In this document: piece by piece, positions 27,740 through 37,874 of the stretch
Position numbering within the stretch: position 1 is the stretch's first letter
How the letters are laid out: each line of letters opens with the position of its first letter
NCBI GenBank assembly: GCA_027623195.1
Contig: JAQBUT010000002.1
Coordinates: 96,001-160,000, forward strand
Source: Chloroflexota bacterium
GTDB taxonomy: Bacteria; Chloroflexota; Dehalococcoidia; Lucifugimonadales; JADFKI01
Length of the DNA: 64,000 nucleotides
Direction of reading: 5' to 3'
The notes under the pieces: generated by a model
Told to the model about the DNA's origin: nothing
Databases searched by the model: none
Seen by the model: only the letters and a program-made list of their open reading frames with translations
Translations under genes and position numbers: made by a program

Positions 27740-28213
27740 CTACTCCCCGGTGCCCAATCCCAGAAAACGCGCGTGCACATCCTCGGCGTTCAGAACCACC
27801 TGTAGCTGGCCATCGGCGTCGGTCTCGAAAGACGAGTCCTTGTTAAATTCTTCGACCATAAGGCCAAGCGCCTTCTTCAAAGTAGCATCCGTCATTGCGC
27901 TTGCCGCGCTATGGGTCTCGGCCCCAATTGTCAGCATTACGGCGATCTCTTCCGCCAGTAACTCCCGTTGAACAACGGACTTCTGAATGTCGGCGATGGC
28001 CTCCATGCGGCCGGCCCCCAGGTAGCACCCGCCAAACGACAGAAGCTCAAAATTCTCGCCATCCAGCTCCACGTCGGACTGCCGCTTGGGTTCCAGGCCG
28101 TTGTCTGTCAGGTACTGACGAACGTGAGAGTCTTCGGCATGCGGCTTAGTCTGACTGAAGAAGATCTGCACGGTGTACATGTCCCATTCCTTGGGTTCAA
28201 CGCGAATGATCAT
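27740..28213 (-). CDS. Hypothetical protein, 157 aa
   Basis: Start moved to ATG 28213 (AAGGAG RBS), which removes the overlap with the S9 peptidase; contains FGGCYLG. Confidence 0.7.
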   Translation of the reverse strand: MIIRVEPKEWDMYTVQIFFSQTKPHAEDSHVRQYLTDNGLEPKRQSDVELDGENFELLSFGGCYLGAGRMEAIADIQKSVVQRELLAEEIAVMLTIGAETHSAASAMTDATLKKALGLMVEEFNKDSSFETDADGQLQVVLNAEDVHARFLGLGTGE

Positions 28214-28352
28214 TTGTTGGATGCTCCTTAGAGTCAGGTTAGCATCGGCGCGCGTTCGAAGTCCAGTTGTTTGCCTCAATAACCTTGTCCACCGATGCTC
28301 CCTGACATAACATTTGGAAAGCACCAAGCCGGTATACCTCAAAGGACAAATA

Positions 28353-30332
28353 ATGCCATTGCAGACCGCTCCATACGGCTCCTGGAAGTCTCCCATAACG
28401 TCAGAACTTATCGTCTCTGAGGCCATCAGCATAACATGCTTGGCCCTGGACGGCGACGACGTCTACTGGGTAGAGATGCGGCCTTCTGAAGGCGCCAGGA
28501 ACGTGGTGGTGCGTCGCACTCCGGACGGCAAGACGCAGGACGTCACTGGCACGCCGTACAACGTGCGCTCGCGTGTTCACGAGTACGGCGGTGGTGCGCT
28601 GACGGTGGCCGACGGCGTGGTGTACTTCTCGAACTTCGACGACCAGCGTCTGTATCGGCAGGAGGTCGGGGGCGAGGCCAGCCCGCTAACGCCCGAGATA
28701 GACATGCGCTACTCCGACGGCGACATAGACCGCCGACGCGGTGTCATGGTCTGCGTGCGCGAGGACCACACGTCGGCTTGGCAGGAGCCTGTGAACACAC
28801 TGGTCGCCATCGACCTGCGGCGCGGCGGCGGCAGTCGTGTGCTGGTATCCGGCAACAACTTTTACACTAGCCCGCGCATCAGTCCAGACGGCACGAAGCT
28901 TACCTGGCTTGCCTGGAATCATCCCAACATGCCTTGGGACGGCACTGAGCTTTGGGTCGCGGAACTGCTTCCTGATGGCGGCGTGGGCGAACGACAGCTT
29001 GTGGCCGGGGGCAGAGAAGAGTCTATATTTCAACCGGAGTGGTCGCCGGGCGGTACGCTGTACTTTGTCTCCGACCGCACTGCTTTCTGGAATATTTTTA
29101 GATATACGGGGGTAGGGCAAGCTAGTGAGGCAGAGGCTGCTGTGGAGCCGATGTGTCCGATGGAAGCGGAGTTTGGCCTGCCTCAGTGGGGACTGGGCGT
29201 CGGGACGTACGGTTTTGCGTCGGAGGAGCGCATCATCTGCGCATACAACCAGCAGGGAACCTGGCACATCGCCGACCTGGATACGCAAACCAAAACTCTT
29301 CAGAGGGTGCCCACGCCCTTTACTGACATAGGCCGCATGGGCTTGAAGGTTGGCTCAGGCAAAGTGGTATTCACCGCAGGGTCGCCTACGATGCGCATCG
29401 CCCTGATGCTGCACGATCTCAATGTCGGAAGCACGGAAGCCTTGCGCGCAACCAGTGAGTCAGCGGTGGATGACGGGTATATCTCGCAGCCTCAGGTAAT
29501 AGAGTTCCCCACCGAGAACGGCGTGACGGCCCACGCCTTTCACTATCTGCCAGCCAACCAGGACTTCCAAGCGCCCGAGGGCGAGAGGCCGCCGCTAATC
29601 GTGATTAGTCACGGCGGGCCGACAGGCGCTACGACCTCTACGCTAAGCCTGATGACCCAGTATTGGACCAGTCGAGGCTTCGCCGTCCTGGACGTAAACT
29701 ACGGGGGCAGCACCGGCTACGGCACGGCTTACCGACGACGGCTCAACGGCAACTGGGGCGTCGTCGACGTGGACGACTGCGTTAACGGAGCGAGGTATCT
29801 TGTGGAGCAGGGCCTGGCGGATGGCGAGCGGCTGGTCATTCGCGGCAGCAGCGCCGGCGGCTACACTACCTTGGCGGCGTTAACATTCCGGGACGCCTTC
29901 AAAGCAGGAGCCAGCCTGTATGGCATCTGCGACCTGACTGCGCTGGCGGAGGATACGCACAAGTTCGAGTCCCGTTACCTCGACACAATGATCGGGCCGT
30001 ACCCCGAGCGGGAAGACCTTTATGAGCAGCGTTCCCCTATCAATTACACAGACCAGTTGTCCTGCGCCCTCATCCTATTTCAGGGCTTGGACGACCAGAT
30101 TGTGCCGCCGAAGCAGGCGGAGGCCATGCTGGCCGCCGTGCGAGAGAAGGGTCTGCCCGTAGCTTACGTCCCCTTTGAGGGCGAGCAGCACGGCTTCCGC
30201 AAAGCTGAGAACATTCGCCGGGCTCTCGATAGTGAGCTTTACTTCTACTCCCGCGTGCTTGGCTTCGAGCTTCCCAACGACCTGGAGCCAGTGGAAATTG
30301 AGAATCTGCCGTCAGTGGGTAGGAGAGCTTAA
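28353..30332 (+). CDS. S9-family (prolyl oligopeptidase / acylaminoacyl) peptidase
   Basis: APYGSWKSPI, HGGP, GSSAGG, QGLDD and EQHGFR. Confidence 0.93.
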   Translation: MPLQTAPYGSWKSPITSELIVSEAISITCLALDGDDVYWVEMRPSEGARNVVVRRTPDGKTQDVTGTPYNVRSRVHEYGGGALTVADGVVYFSNFDDQRLYRQEVGGEASPLTPEIDMRYSDGDIDRRRGVMVCVREDHTSAWQEPVNTLVAIDLRRGGGSRVLVSGNNFYTSPRISPDGTKLTWLAWNHPNMPWDGTELWVAELLPDGGVGERQLVAGGREESIFQPEWSPGGTLYFVSDRTAFWNIFRYTGVGQASEAEAAVEPMCPMEAEFGLPQWGLGVGTYGFASEERIICAYNQQGTWHIADLDTQTKTLQRVPTPFTDIGRMGLKVGSGKVVFTAGSPTMRIALMLHDLNVGSTEALRATSESAVDDGYISQPQVIEFPTENGVTAHAFHYLPANQDFQAPEGERPPLIVISHGGPTGATTSTLSLMTQYWTSRGFAVLDVNYGGSTGYGTAYRRRLNGNWGVVDVDDCVNGARYLVEQGLADGERLVIRGSSAGGYTTLAALTFRDAFKAGASLYGICDLTALAEDTHKFESRYLDTMIGPYPEREDLYEQRSPINYTDQLSCALILFQGLDDQIVPPKQAEAMLAAVREKGLPVAYVPFEGEQHGFRKAENIRRALDSELYFYSRVLGFELPNDLEPVEIENLPSVGRRA

Positions 30333-30333
30333 G

Positions 30334-30894
30334 GTGTCTATAGTTCTGCTGATGGGCTTCGTCACCTTAATCTGGGTGGTGGAGATTTTGGACGGCTTTA
30401 CGGGTAACAGCCTGGACCAGTATGGCATCGTGCCTCGCAATATCCATGGCCTTGTGGGTATACCGCTGAGTCCGTTTCTTCATGGCGGGCTGGGCCACGT
30501 GCTTTCCAACACACTGCCCCTGTTAGTGCTGGGCGGCCTTGTTGCCCTTCGAGGCAGAGCAATTCTAGTAGGTCTAACCCTGTTTGTGACTTTTCTTGGT
30601 GGTCTGGGCATCTGGGTAATCGGTAGGCCTGGCGTCCATATTGGAGCCAGCATACTGGTGTTTGGTTTCTTTGGGTACCTGGTGGCGCGGGGCTGGTACG
30701 ACCGCAGCGTTCTATCTTTTGTAATCGCCGTAGTCGTTCTGATATTCTACGGCGGCCTCATCTTCGGCGCGCTACCTTCGCAGGGCTTTGTTTCCTGGGA
30801 AGGGCACCTGACGGGCATGCTGGCAGGCATTTTTTACGCACGGATTACTCGGAAGAGGCGGCTTCCGGCCCAGGATTCAGCAAAAGAGCCATAA
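30334..30894 (+). CDS. Rhomboid-family intramembrane serine protease
   Basis: PFLHGG..H..SN, HIGAS and SWEGHL. Start moved to GTG 30334 (AGGAG RBS). Confidence 0.88.
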   Translation: MSIVLLMGFVTLIWVVEILDGFTGNSLDQYGIVPRNIHGLVGIPLSPFLHGGLGHVLSNTLPLLVLGGLVALRGRAILVGLTLFVTFLGGLGIWVIGRPGVHIGASILVFGFFGYLVARGWYDRSVLSFVIAVVVLIFYGGLIFGALPSQGFVSWEGHLTGMLAGIFYARITRKRRLPAQDSAKEP

Positions 30895-31396
30895 GGTATT
30901 CGTCCAGGTACTCGCCATTAAACAGCATTGCTTTTGGCTCGGTGCCGTAGGTCTGAAAGCCCACGGACCGGTATAGACCGTATGCCGGAGTATTGACGCT
31001 GGTCACCGCAAGAAGTATCTGCTCCAGGCCCGGCAATGACTTTGCCTGCTCGATAGCCCTGCGGATTAACTCCCTGCCGATGCCATCCCCTTGAGCCTCG
31101 GCGGAGACGTACATGCCCCAGAAGTGGCCTTTGTGGCGCGTCTTCTCTCCAGAATCTCGGCGAAATCCCACCATGCCCCTGAACACCTCGTCGTGAAACA
31201 GGCCCATTATGAAGTCGTCGCGTGAACGCTCGGTACTGCGGAGCCGCTCCTGCACAGCCTCCAGCGGCGTGTCGCGCTGCGACTCGTAGGACTGGCCAAA
31301 GGCTTCGGGATGCTCCTTCAGCGCTTGCAAACGAAGTTCCTGATACGCAGGTGCGTCGACTTCCGTCAGTTGTCGATAGGCTATGGTGGGAGCCAT
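30845..31396 (-). CDS. GNAT-family N-acetyltransferase
   Basis: GMYV...QGDGIG and N..A..LY...GF motifs. Confidence 0.9.
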   Translation of the reverse strand: MAPTIAYRQLTEVDAPAYQELRLQALKEHPEAFGQSYESQRDTPLEAVQERLRSTERSRDDFIMGLFHDEVFRGMVGFRRDSGEKTRHKGHFWGMYVSAEAQGDGIGRELIRRAIEQAKSLPGLEQILLAVTSVNTPAYGLYRSVGFQTYGTEPKAMLFNGEYLDEYLMALLLNPGPEAASSE

Positions 31397-31418
31397 TATT
31401 AATTTGCCTTGGGTAGGA

Positions 31419-32210
31419 CTACTTCCCCAGCTTCTTTGCCAGAGCGGCGCCGTGCTCCTTGGTCCAGTCGCTTATGATGCTGACGTCCCAGCCGATGCAG
31501 AAGTGTTTAACGCCCATCTCGATGTACTCTTCAGCGTCGCTGCTGTCCTTTAGCTCGATGCGAGGCGCTACGCCCATCTTCAACGCCGTCTCGATGATGT
31601 AGCGATCAGCCTCTTTGATGCGCGGGTCGTCCCACTGGTCAGGAATACCGATGCTCATGGAGTAGTCTGCCGGACCGAACTGCACCATGTCGATGCCGCC
31701 TATGGACAGGATCTCCTCCAGGTTCTGAACGGCTGATTCCTTTTCGATCATCAGGGCTACCACGGTGTCCTCAAGGGAGTCGATATATTCGGTCAGCGTG
31801 GCCTCGCCGTAGCCGCCGTCGCGTCTCATACCTACGCCTGCGCGCCCTCCCGCCCTTGGCGTATCGGCCCTGGAAGCTGAAACAGCCTCGCGGGCGTCGT
31901 CAGCAGTCCAAATGTCGGCGAACAGGAGGTTCTGAATCCCTGAGCCTACCGCTCGAACAGCCAGATAAGTACGGGGCTGCTGTTCAATTTTCATCATTGA
32001 GCTCATATTCGGAAAGAGGTCTACCGAGCGACCAAAATTCTCCAGGGACATCAGGTCGTAGGGTGCGTACTCGCCGGAAAACTCGATGTAGTCCATAGTC
32101 CCGGCCAGGCCGATAACCTCCACCATGCCCGGCCAAATGGAGTGCAGGTGCATGGCTATGCTGGGCTTGTCCTCGTTAAGAAGCTCTCGAAGCACATTGC
32201 GCTTTTTCAT
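31419..32210 (-). CDS. HpcH/HpaI aldolase family protein
   Basis: ALMIE, NLEEIL and FGPADYS. Confidence 0.88.
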   Translation of the reverse strand: MKKRNVLRELLNEDKPSIAMHLHSIWPGMVEVIGLAGTMDYIEFSGEYAPYDLMSLENFGRSVDLFPNMSSMMKIEQQPRTYLAVRAVGSGIQNLLFADIWTADDAREAVSASRADTPRAGGRAGVGMRRDGGYGEATLTEYIDSLEDTVVALMIEKESAVQNLEEILSIGGIDMVQFGPADYSMSIGIPDQWDDPRIKEADRYIIETALKMGVAPRIELKDSSDAEEYIEMGVKHFCIGWDVSIISDWTKEHGAALAKKLGK

Positions 32211-32478
32211 TCTTTTCTCCTGTATCTGAGTAATAGGTTACTTGCGTAAAATTATTTGGCGGCTACATGATACCCTAAGCATCGATTGGCGTTGCATGCG
32301 GGCCAACGCCGTGTCCCCGAAGCGCCGTAGAAGTGCAATTGGGATTCGATGCTGTCCAGGGTAATCAGTGCGGTTTCCGTGTTAACTGCCAAGGCCTGGA
32401 CACCTGTCTGTTCGAGAAAATTTATTCGAGTAATATGCTAAAATCCCAAATATTCAGAGTAATGGGGAAATCTAGAAT

Positions 32479-33192
32479 ATGGACCTCTCTTCTATAAAGG
32501 TTCTCACCTTCGATATCGGTGGAACTGTGTTTGATTGGCACAGCTCCATCACCGCCGAGGTCAACCGGTTGGCAGGTGAGCGCGGCGTAGAAGTAGACGC
32601 CAGCCGTTTTGCCAACGATTGGCGGCGTGGGATGTTCCAAATGCTAGACAAGGTCCGCAGTGGCGAATTGCCCTGGATGAACGCTGATGAAATCCATCGT
32701 TTGATGCTGGACGACATAACTCCCGGGTATGCCGCTCTTGAGCTCAACTCGGCGGACCTGGACGATCTCAACGGGGTATGGCATCGGCTCAAAGTCTGGA
32801 ACGACGCCCCGGCCGCTATCGATAGGTTACGGGGTCGATACACGGTGGTGGTTTTGACCGTTCTCAGCTGGGCTATCGCGGTTTACAGTTCGGAGGCAAA
32901 TAACCTTCAGTGGGACGGGATTCTCTCCTGTGAGTTTCTTGGGCATTACAAACCGTCGCCTGAGGCGTACCTCTCAGCCGTGAGTCTGCTGGGCGTACAA
33001 CCGCAAGAGACAATGATGGTGGCAGCCCATTACGGCGATTTGCGCGCGGCCATGGGTGCCGGTCTTCACTCGGCCTTCGTCTCCCGTCCGGACGAGCGCG
33101 GCGTGGGCGACAAGACCGAGTCGGGTCCTCAGCCTGACTTTGACGTTAATGCTAAGGACTTCGCCGATCTGGCCAATCAACTCCTGGCCTGA
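32479..33192 (+). CDS. Haloacid dehalogenase type II family
   Basis: FDIGGTVFDW, YKPSPEAY and MVAAH.GDL; paralog of 11465-12178. Confidence 0.88.
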   Translation: MDLSSIKVLTFDIGGTVFDWHSSITAEVNRLAGERGVEVDASRFANDWRRGMFQMLDKVRSGELPWMNADEIHRLMLDDITPGYAALELNSADLDDLNGVWHRLKVWNDAPAAIDRLRGRYTVVVLTVLSWAIAVYSSEANNLQWDGILSCEFLGHYKPSPEAYLSAVSLLGVQPQETMMVAAHYGDLRAAMGAGLHSAFVSRPDERGVGDKTESGPQPDFDVNAKDFADLANQLLA

Positions 33193-33240
33193 AGATTTTC
33201 CGCCTAGAGCAAACGCACCAGTCCAGGTGAAGGCAAAGTA

Positions 33241-34332
33241 TTAGCCTACCGTCAGCTTCTTCAACATCTCCTCATCCAACTCCACGCCAAGGCCCGGGCC
33301 GTTGGGCACGTCCAGGTATCCGTCCTTGACCTGCAGAGGCTCCTTTAGCACCGGCCAGCGGTCGCGGATGGAAATGTCCTCGATGTTGTACTCCTGGGCG
33401 TAAGGAATGATCGAGTATGCCGCGCAAACATGCAGGTGGGCAACGGTGCTCAGAATCGGCTGAGTGTTGTGAACAGTGATTGGCTTTCCAAATGCCGTGC
33501 ACAGGGCAGCGATCTTCTGGAATTCGGTGAAGCCAGGGGCCTTCACAATGTCTGGCTGGATGATGTCCACCTTGCCCTTAACTATCAGGTCACGGTACTC
33601 GTAAAGCGTGTAGATCATTTCGCCCGCTGCTACCGGCATAGCCAGAGCATCCGCCACCTGGGCCAGGCCGTCCAGGTCGTAATGAGGCCGAGGCTCCTCG
33701 TAGTGGAAGACCCCTAGGGCCTCCAGCTTCTTGCCTATCTCGATTCCGTGGTGCACCGAGAAAGCCCCGTTTACGTCCACCAGGATGTCGATATCATCGC
33801 CGACTGCTCTGCGCACCTCGGTGACGGTGGCGATTGTCTCGTCGGCCGGGTCGTCGATGGCCCCTGGGACCGCGCTGTGCAACTTGTAGCCGGAATATCC
33901 CTGCTCTACGAAGTGAGCGGCGCGATTCGCCTCCTCTAAAGGCGTCATGTTGCGATTCATAGAGGACGCGTACATGCGGACCTTGTCGCGGACCTTACCG
34001 CCAAGCAGCTTCCATATGGGTTGGCCTAGCGCCTTGCCCTTGATGTCCCACAAGGCGATGTCCAGGCCGGCAATGGCACACCAGATGGCGCCGCCCAACT
34101 CAAGGCCGCTGCCGGCGCGCTGCATGTCGTCGAAGCGAGGCTGGGTGTCAGTCGGGTCTTTGCCGATTAATGCAGGCGTAAGCAGGTCCTCAATTAGCGT
34201 TTTGATGACTGTTGGCTGGCGGCGAAAGCACTCGCCGATTCCGGTTATGCCTTCGTCCGTAAATACCCTAACGAAGGGGTAGTCACCGTCCAAGATTAGA
34301 CACTCGACGCTGGTAATTTTCATGGGTCGCAT
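33241..34332 (-). CDS. Mandelate racemase/muconate lactonizing enzyme (enolase superfamily)
   Basis: DIALWDIKGK, LVDVN, EEP, AAGE and PGLGVELD. Confidence 0.93.
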   Translation of the reverse strand: MRPMKITSVECLILDGDYPFVRVFTDEGITGIGECFRRQPTVIKTLIEDLLTPALIGKDPTDTQPRFDDMQRAGSGLELGGAIWCAIAGLDIALWDIKGKALGQPIWKLLGGKVRDKVRMYASSMNRNMTPLEEANRAAHFVEQGYSGYKLHSAVPGAIDDPADETIATVTEVRRAVGDDIDILVDVNGAFSVHHGIEIGKKLEALGVFHYEEPRPHYDLDGLAQVADALAMPVAAGEMIYTLYEYRDLIVKGKVDIIQPDIVKAPGFTEFQKIAALCTAFGKPITVHNTQPILSTVAHLHVCAAYSIIPYAQEYNIEDISIRDRWPVLKEPLQVKDGYLDVPNGPGLGVELDEEMLKKLTVG

Positions 34333-34454
34333 GCTCCGTCACATAGTTTTCGGACACAGGGTATAACGACGGATGAATCCGCGCAACGCTGGTCAGGAAT
34401 GCAGTTGCCCCCTATCGAGGCAAGCCCCTAAAATGGTTAGGCACCAGTTGACGC

Positions 34455-34542
34455 GGAGGGGTGGCCGAGAGGCTTAAGGCACCTGTCTTGAAAACAGGCA
34501 TACCGAGAGGTATCGCAGGTTCGAATCCTGTCCCCTCCGCCA
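34455..34542 (+). tRNA. tRNA-Ser (anticodon UGA)
   Basis: GGAGGGG/CCCCTCC acceptor stem, CCTGT-CTTGAAA-ACAGG anticodon arm, long variable arm, GGTTCGAATCC, G discriminator and encoded CCA. Confidence 0.97.
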
Positions 34543-34778
34543 GATTATTTGTTATCGCCCTTACACCGCCTTTTGACCAGCTTTCACGATCTTGCCAGTT
34601 CAGACCTCGCATAACTCGTTTCCCCTTCATTTACTAGCATCCCTATAGCCGCATGCCCAAATCTGTTGACCTGGTGAATCCTGGGCTGTATCGTCAGGCT
34701 TGAGTTTCGGTGTATCCAGGCCATCTTTCGAGATATCCGTATGGGGAAGCCCGAAACTCAAGAAAATGGAGACGACAG

Positions 34779-35912
34779 ATGCTACCAGAGTATATAAGGG
34801 AATCAGTTACGTATGGCCTGTTTTTCGCTGCGGGCATCATCGTGTTTTTTGTGGTGCTTGCGGCCACCACCAATGCGGTGATGAGGATTCTTGCCCGTCG
34901 ATACGGCCGCACTCACCCAGACTCACTGGGCGTAGAGGTCATCAGGATACTGCGAGGACCGCTGGAGCTGTTCTTCGTTCTTGCGGGCGTGTTCCTGGGG
35001 TTCGTGTCGCTCACACAGCAGACCCATGAGGTCTTTGCCACCATTAGTTTGGTTGGACCGTTTACAACTACCGGGGCGTTGGTCGGGTTTGTGCTCATCC
35101 TGACTTACGTGCTGGAACGGGTCGCGTTTATGGCCCTGACCTGGTACCTGCGAAACTATGCTCACAGGACTGAGACGACAATAGATGATCGCATCGGTGT
35201 ACTACTAAGGCGGCTAATGCCAGTAGTCATGTATGCGGTCGGTGGGCTAATAGCCCTGGAAGTGGCAGGGATATCCATTAGCCCACTTCTTGCTGGCCTG
35301 GGTATCGTCGGTCTGGCTGTGGCCTTGGCCTTGCAGCCTACGCTGGGAAATTTCTTCGCCGGTACCTATGTGATGAGTGAGGGCGAGTTGCATGAGGGGA
35401 ATTACATCGAGCTGGAGGGCGGTCCGGCAGGTTTTGTTGTGGAAATAGGGTGGCGTAGCACGAAGATTCGCAGCGTTCAGAACAACCTTGTGATCATACC
35501 CAATGCCACTATGGCTGACAGCATTATCACCAATTACTTCAGTCCAACTCCCGTATTGACCACAATTGTCGAGTGCGGTGTAAGCTATGAGTCGGACCTT
35601 CAAGAGGTGGAGAATATAGTTTTGGAAATCGCCAGGGATGAGGTGGCCCGGTCAGAAGTCGGCTACGAAGCCTTCGAGCCACTAATGCGGTACGCAGAAT
35701 TTGGCGATTCCAATGTGAACTTCAGGCTCATCTTCCAGGCTACGGACCGAGGAGGCAGCTTTGCTATCAAGCACGAAATCATGAAGCGAATCCACGCGCG
35801 ATTCGTCAAAGAGGGCATTGAGATAAACTACCCGGTGCGCAAGTTGTTACTGCCCACTGCGGACGGTCGAGAGGACTTGCCATTCCATGTAAAGGTTCAC
35901 AGCGGGGTTTAA
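34779..35912 (+). CDS. Small-conductance mechanosensitive channel (MscS family)
   Basis: LLAGLGIVGLAVALALQ..LGN, IGWRSTKIR, IIPN and EINYP. Start moved to ATG 34779. Confidence 0.92.
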   Translation: MLPEYIRESVTYGLFFAAGIIVFFVVLAATTNAVMRILARRYGRTHPDSLGVEVIRILRGPLELFFVLAGVFLGFVSLTQQTHEVFATISLVGPFTTTGALVGFVLILTYVLERVAFMALTWYLRNYAHRTETTIDDRIGVLLRRLMPVVMYAVGGLIALEVAGISISPLLAGLGIVGLAVALALQPTLGNFFAGTYVMSEGELHEGNYIELEGGPAGFVVEIGWRSTKIRSVQNNLVIIPNATMADSIITNYFSPTPVLTTIVECGVSYESDLQEVENIVLEIARDEVARSEVGYEAFEPLMRYAEFGDSNVNFRLIFQATDRGGSFAIKHEIMKRIHARFVKEGIEINYPVRKLLLPTADGREDLPFHVKVHSGV

Positions 35913-35951
35913 TCGAAAAGGCCGTTCAAAGTAACAGGCCTAAGGACATGC

Positions 35952-35991
35952 AAAAGGCCCACGCTGACATCCAGCGTGGGCCTTTTATTTT
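35952..35991. terminator. Bidirectional intrinsic terminator
   Basis: AAAAGGCCCACGCTG-acatc-CAGCGTGGGCCTTTTATTTT between convergent genes. Confidence 0.85.
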
Positions 35992-36063
35992 GGCTAGTGC
36001 CGGCCAACTAAACGGGCCGCCATTGTTGCCCTATTGCCAGCTATCCAAGAATATCCAAAAGGA

Positions 36064-36540
36064 CTATCCGCCGTAGAACCAGCCGGTCCCCCACATCTCC
36101 AGGGGCTTATCCTCGCGACGGTGCTCGGCGGCAATGACCTCGCCCACGAAGACTGTGTGGTCGCCCATGGCCAGCTTGTCCGACACCTTGCACTCTATGT
36201 AGGCATAAACCTCATCCAGCACAGGCGCGCCGGTAGTTCCCGGCCTGAAGGCGTGTCCGTTAATTAGTTCGCCCTCGACGGTGGTAGGCCTGAAGAAGTC
36301 CTCGGCAAACTGCTTCTGCGACTCGGACAGGAAGTTCACGGCAAAGGTGCCGGACTTCTCCACGGCAGAGTGCAGTCCGCTGTCGGCCTTGGCGGCGACC
36401 ATTACCAGAGGGGGGCTGAAGGATGCCTGGGAAAGCCAATTTACTGTGCCCGCGCCTACCTCGTCTCCAGATGCGGAACTCATCACGTAGAGGCCGTACG
36501 TAATCTGGCGTAATGTCTGTTTTTTGATATCAGGATCCAC
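36064..36540 (-). CDS. Flavin reductase family protein
   Basis: YGLYV, SQASFSPP and GDHTVFVGEV. Start moved to GTG 36540 (AAGGAG RBS). Confidence 0.9.
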   Translation of the reverse strand: MDPDIKKQTLRQITYGLYVMSSASGDEVGAGTVNWLSQASFSPPLVMVAAKADSGLHSAVEKSGTFAVNFLSESQKQFAEDFFRPTTVEGELINGHAFRPGTTGAPVLDEVYAYIECKVSDKLAMGDHTVFVGEVIAAEHRREDKPLEMWGTGWFYGG

Positions 36541-36620
36541 GGTTACTCCTTTCGGCAGGTTTGCGCATAGCATACCGATATTCGCGCTCGTTGCCAACCT
36601 GCCGAAAGAGAAAGCCGATT

Positions 36621-37610
36621 CTACAGTACGTGGTAGAGCAGCAGATGGTCTCGCAGCACATCCGTGGCGAAGTCGTTCATGACGTAGCGCCATACCGAGT
36701 GGATGTGGTTAGCGCCGTTCTGGCGGTTGTCGTACTCGATTACAAAATCGCCGCCGTGAATGCGATAGTAGTGAGGCTCTCCCGCCTTGGCCGGCCCGCC
36801 CCAGGCAAGGTACAACGCATCCAGGCCGCCATCCTTGAGGGAGTCCAGTCTTTCCTGTGACACATCTGCCCGCACCGAGTTAGTGTATTCCGCAACCAGC
36901 GATGTCAGTATCTCCCGCTGCGTAGCGTTCATCTTTGTGGCTTGCAGCCCCTGCTCATATGGCATGGAGGCTCGGGCAGCGCTGAAGGTAAGCACGTCTG
37001 GGGGCGCCTTGTCGAAGATGGTGGCCGTACTTCTTTGGCCCGCGTCCAAGTTGTTCATTAGCTCGATGGCCAGGTCTTCCCTGGGACCCAAAACTCGTAG
37101 GCCGGTATGTGGACCTTTGCGGACTTCGGCTGGGTTGATGCCCAGGAACAGAGGCGTAACGGAGATCACCTTGTCGTTCCATATGCTGAAGTGCATGGAC
37201 ACATGGTGGCCCTCAACTCGCCAGCCCCATGGGTCGCTTCCGCCTGGTTCCCCGAAGATAGTGAAAAAGTAAAGCGTGGTATCCCTTGGCCAGGTAACAG
37301 CGTTTAGTTCTACCTCGAGCGGTCCTAAGATGGCCTCGTGCTCGATGATCTGAGTAGCAACCTTATAGCCGGAATCCGTTAGACCCGTCGCCATGACGGC
37401 GTTTGCCAGCTTGCGTTGCTCATCAGTCATGTCTCGCAGCGGCAGCCCGTGCCTGTTTATAGGTGCGAAGTACCAGAAGACACGCTCAGCGTCCAGGTAG
37501 GGATAGGTGGCCCGTTCTTTCTGCCCGGCATCCAGGCTTTCCAGCAGCCTGTTGCAAGCCTCTGACATTTCGGCGGCGGCCTTCGCGTGTGGGGCTGTAA
37601 TTGTAGCCAT
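36621..37610 (-). CDS. DUF3500 family protein
   Basis: WGWRVEGHH, HYYRIHG and EYDN.Q..ANHIHSVWR...NDF. Confidence 0.85.
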   Translation of the reverse strand: MATITAPHAKAAAEMSEACNRLLESLDAGQKERATYPYLDAERVFWYFAPINRHGLPLRDMTDEQRKLANAVMATGLTDSGYKVATQIIEHEAILGPLEVELNAVTWPRDTTLYFFTIFGEPGGSDPWGWRVEGHHVSMHFSIWNDKVISVTPLFLGINPAEVRKGPHTGLRVLGPREDLAIELMNNLDAGQRSTATIFDKAPPDVLTFSAARASMPYEQGLQATKMNATQREILTSLVAEYTNSVRADVSQERLDSLKDGGLDALYLAWGGPAKAGEPHYYRIHGGDFVIEYDNRQNGANHIHSVWRYVMNDFATDVLRDHLLLYHVL

Positions 37611-37874
37611 ATCGTGTGTCTCCTCCTATTTGTGTTGCATCCGTTTCGAACGAGAGCCTTTCAAGGCATCCAAGCTGGCGGACTTTTGGCTAATGCAGCT
37701 TAGATACTCAGGTCTAGCAGCTTGGACATCACCTCATTTGGTGAATGACAATGCCAGCCAATGAGGCGAATTGGAGAATAATAGGGCAACTATATCTTGC
37801 TTAGGAGGTGTTGTCAGGACGCATTTTGGCTGTAGCCATGAGGATTCCGTGAGGATTTGCGGAAAGGCGGGGTT

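Noticed and set aside
34455..34542. tRNA with 'TGA' in its anticodon loop as a possible tRNA-Sec or UGA suppressor
   Set aside because: Anticodon UGA reads UCA (Ser); tRNA-Sec needs anticodon UCA and a longer acceptor stem. This has a standard 7-bp stem.
34543..34778. tRNA 3' end as an integration site
   Set aside because: No integrase nearby and I saw no duplicate of the tRNA 3' end in the window.
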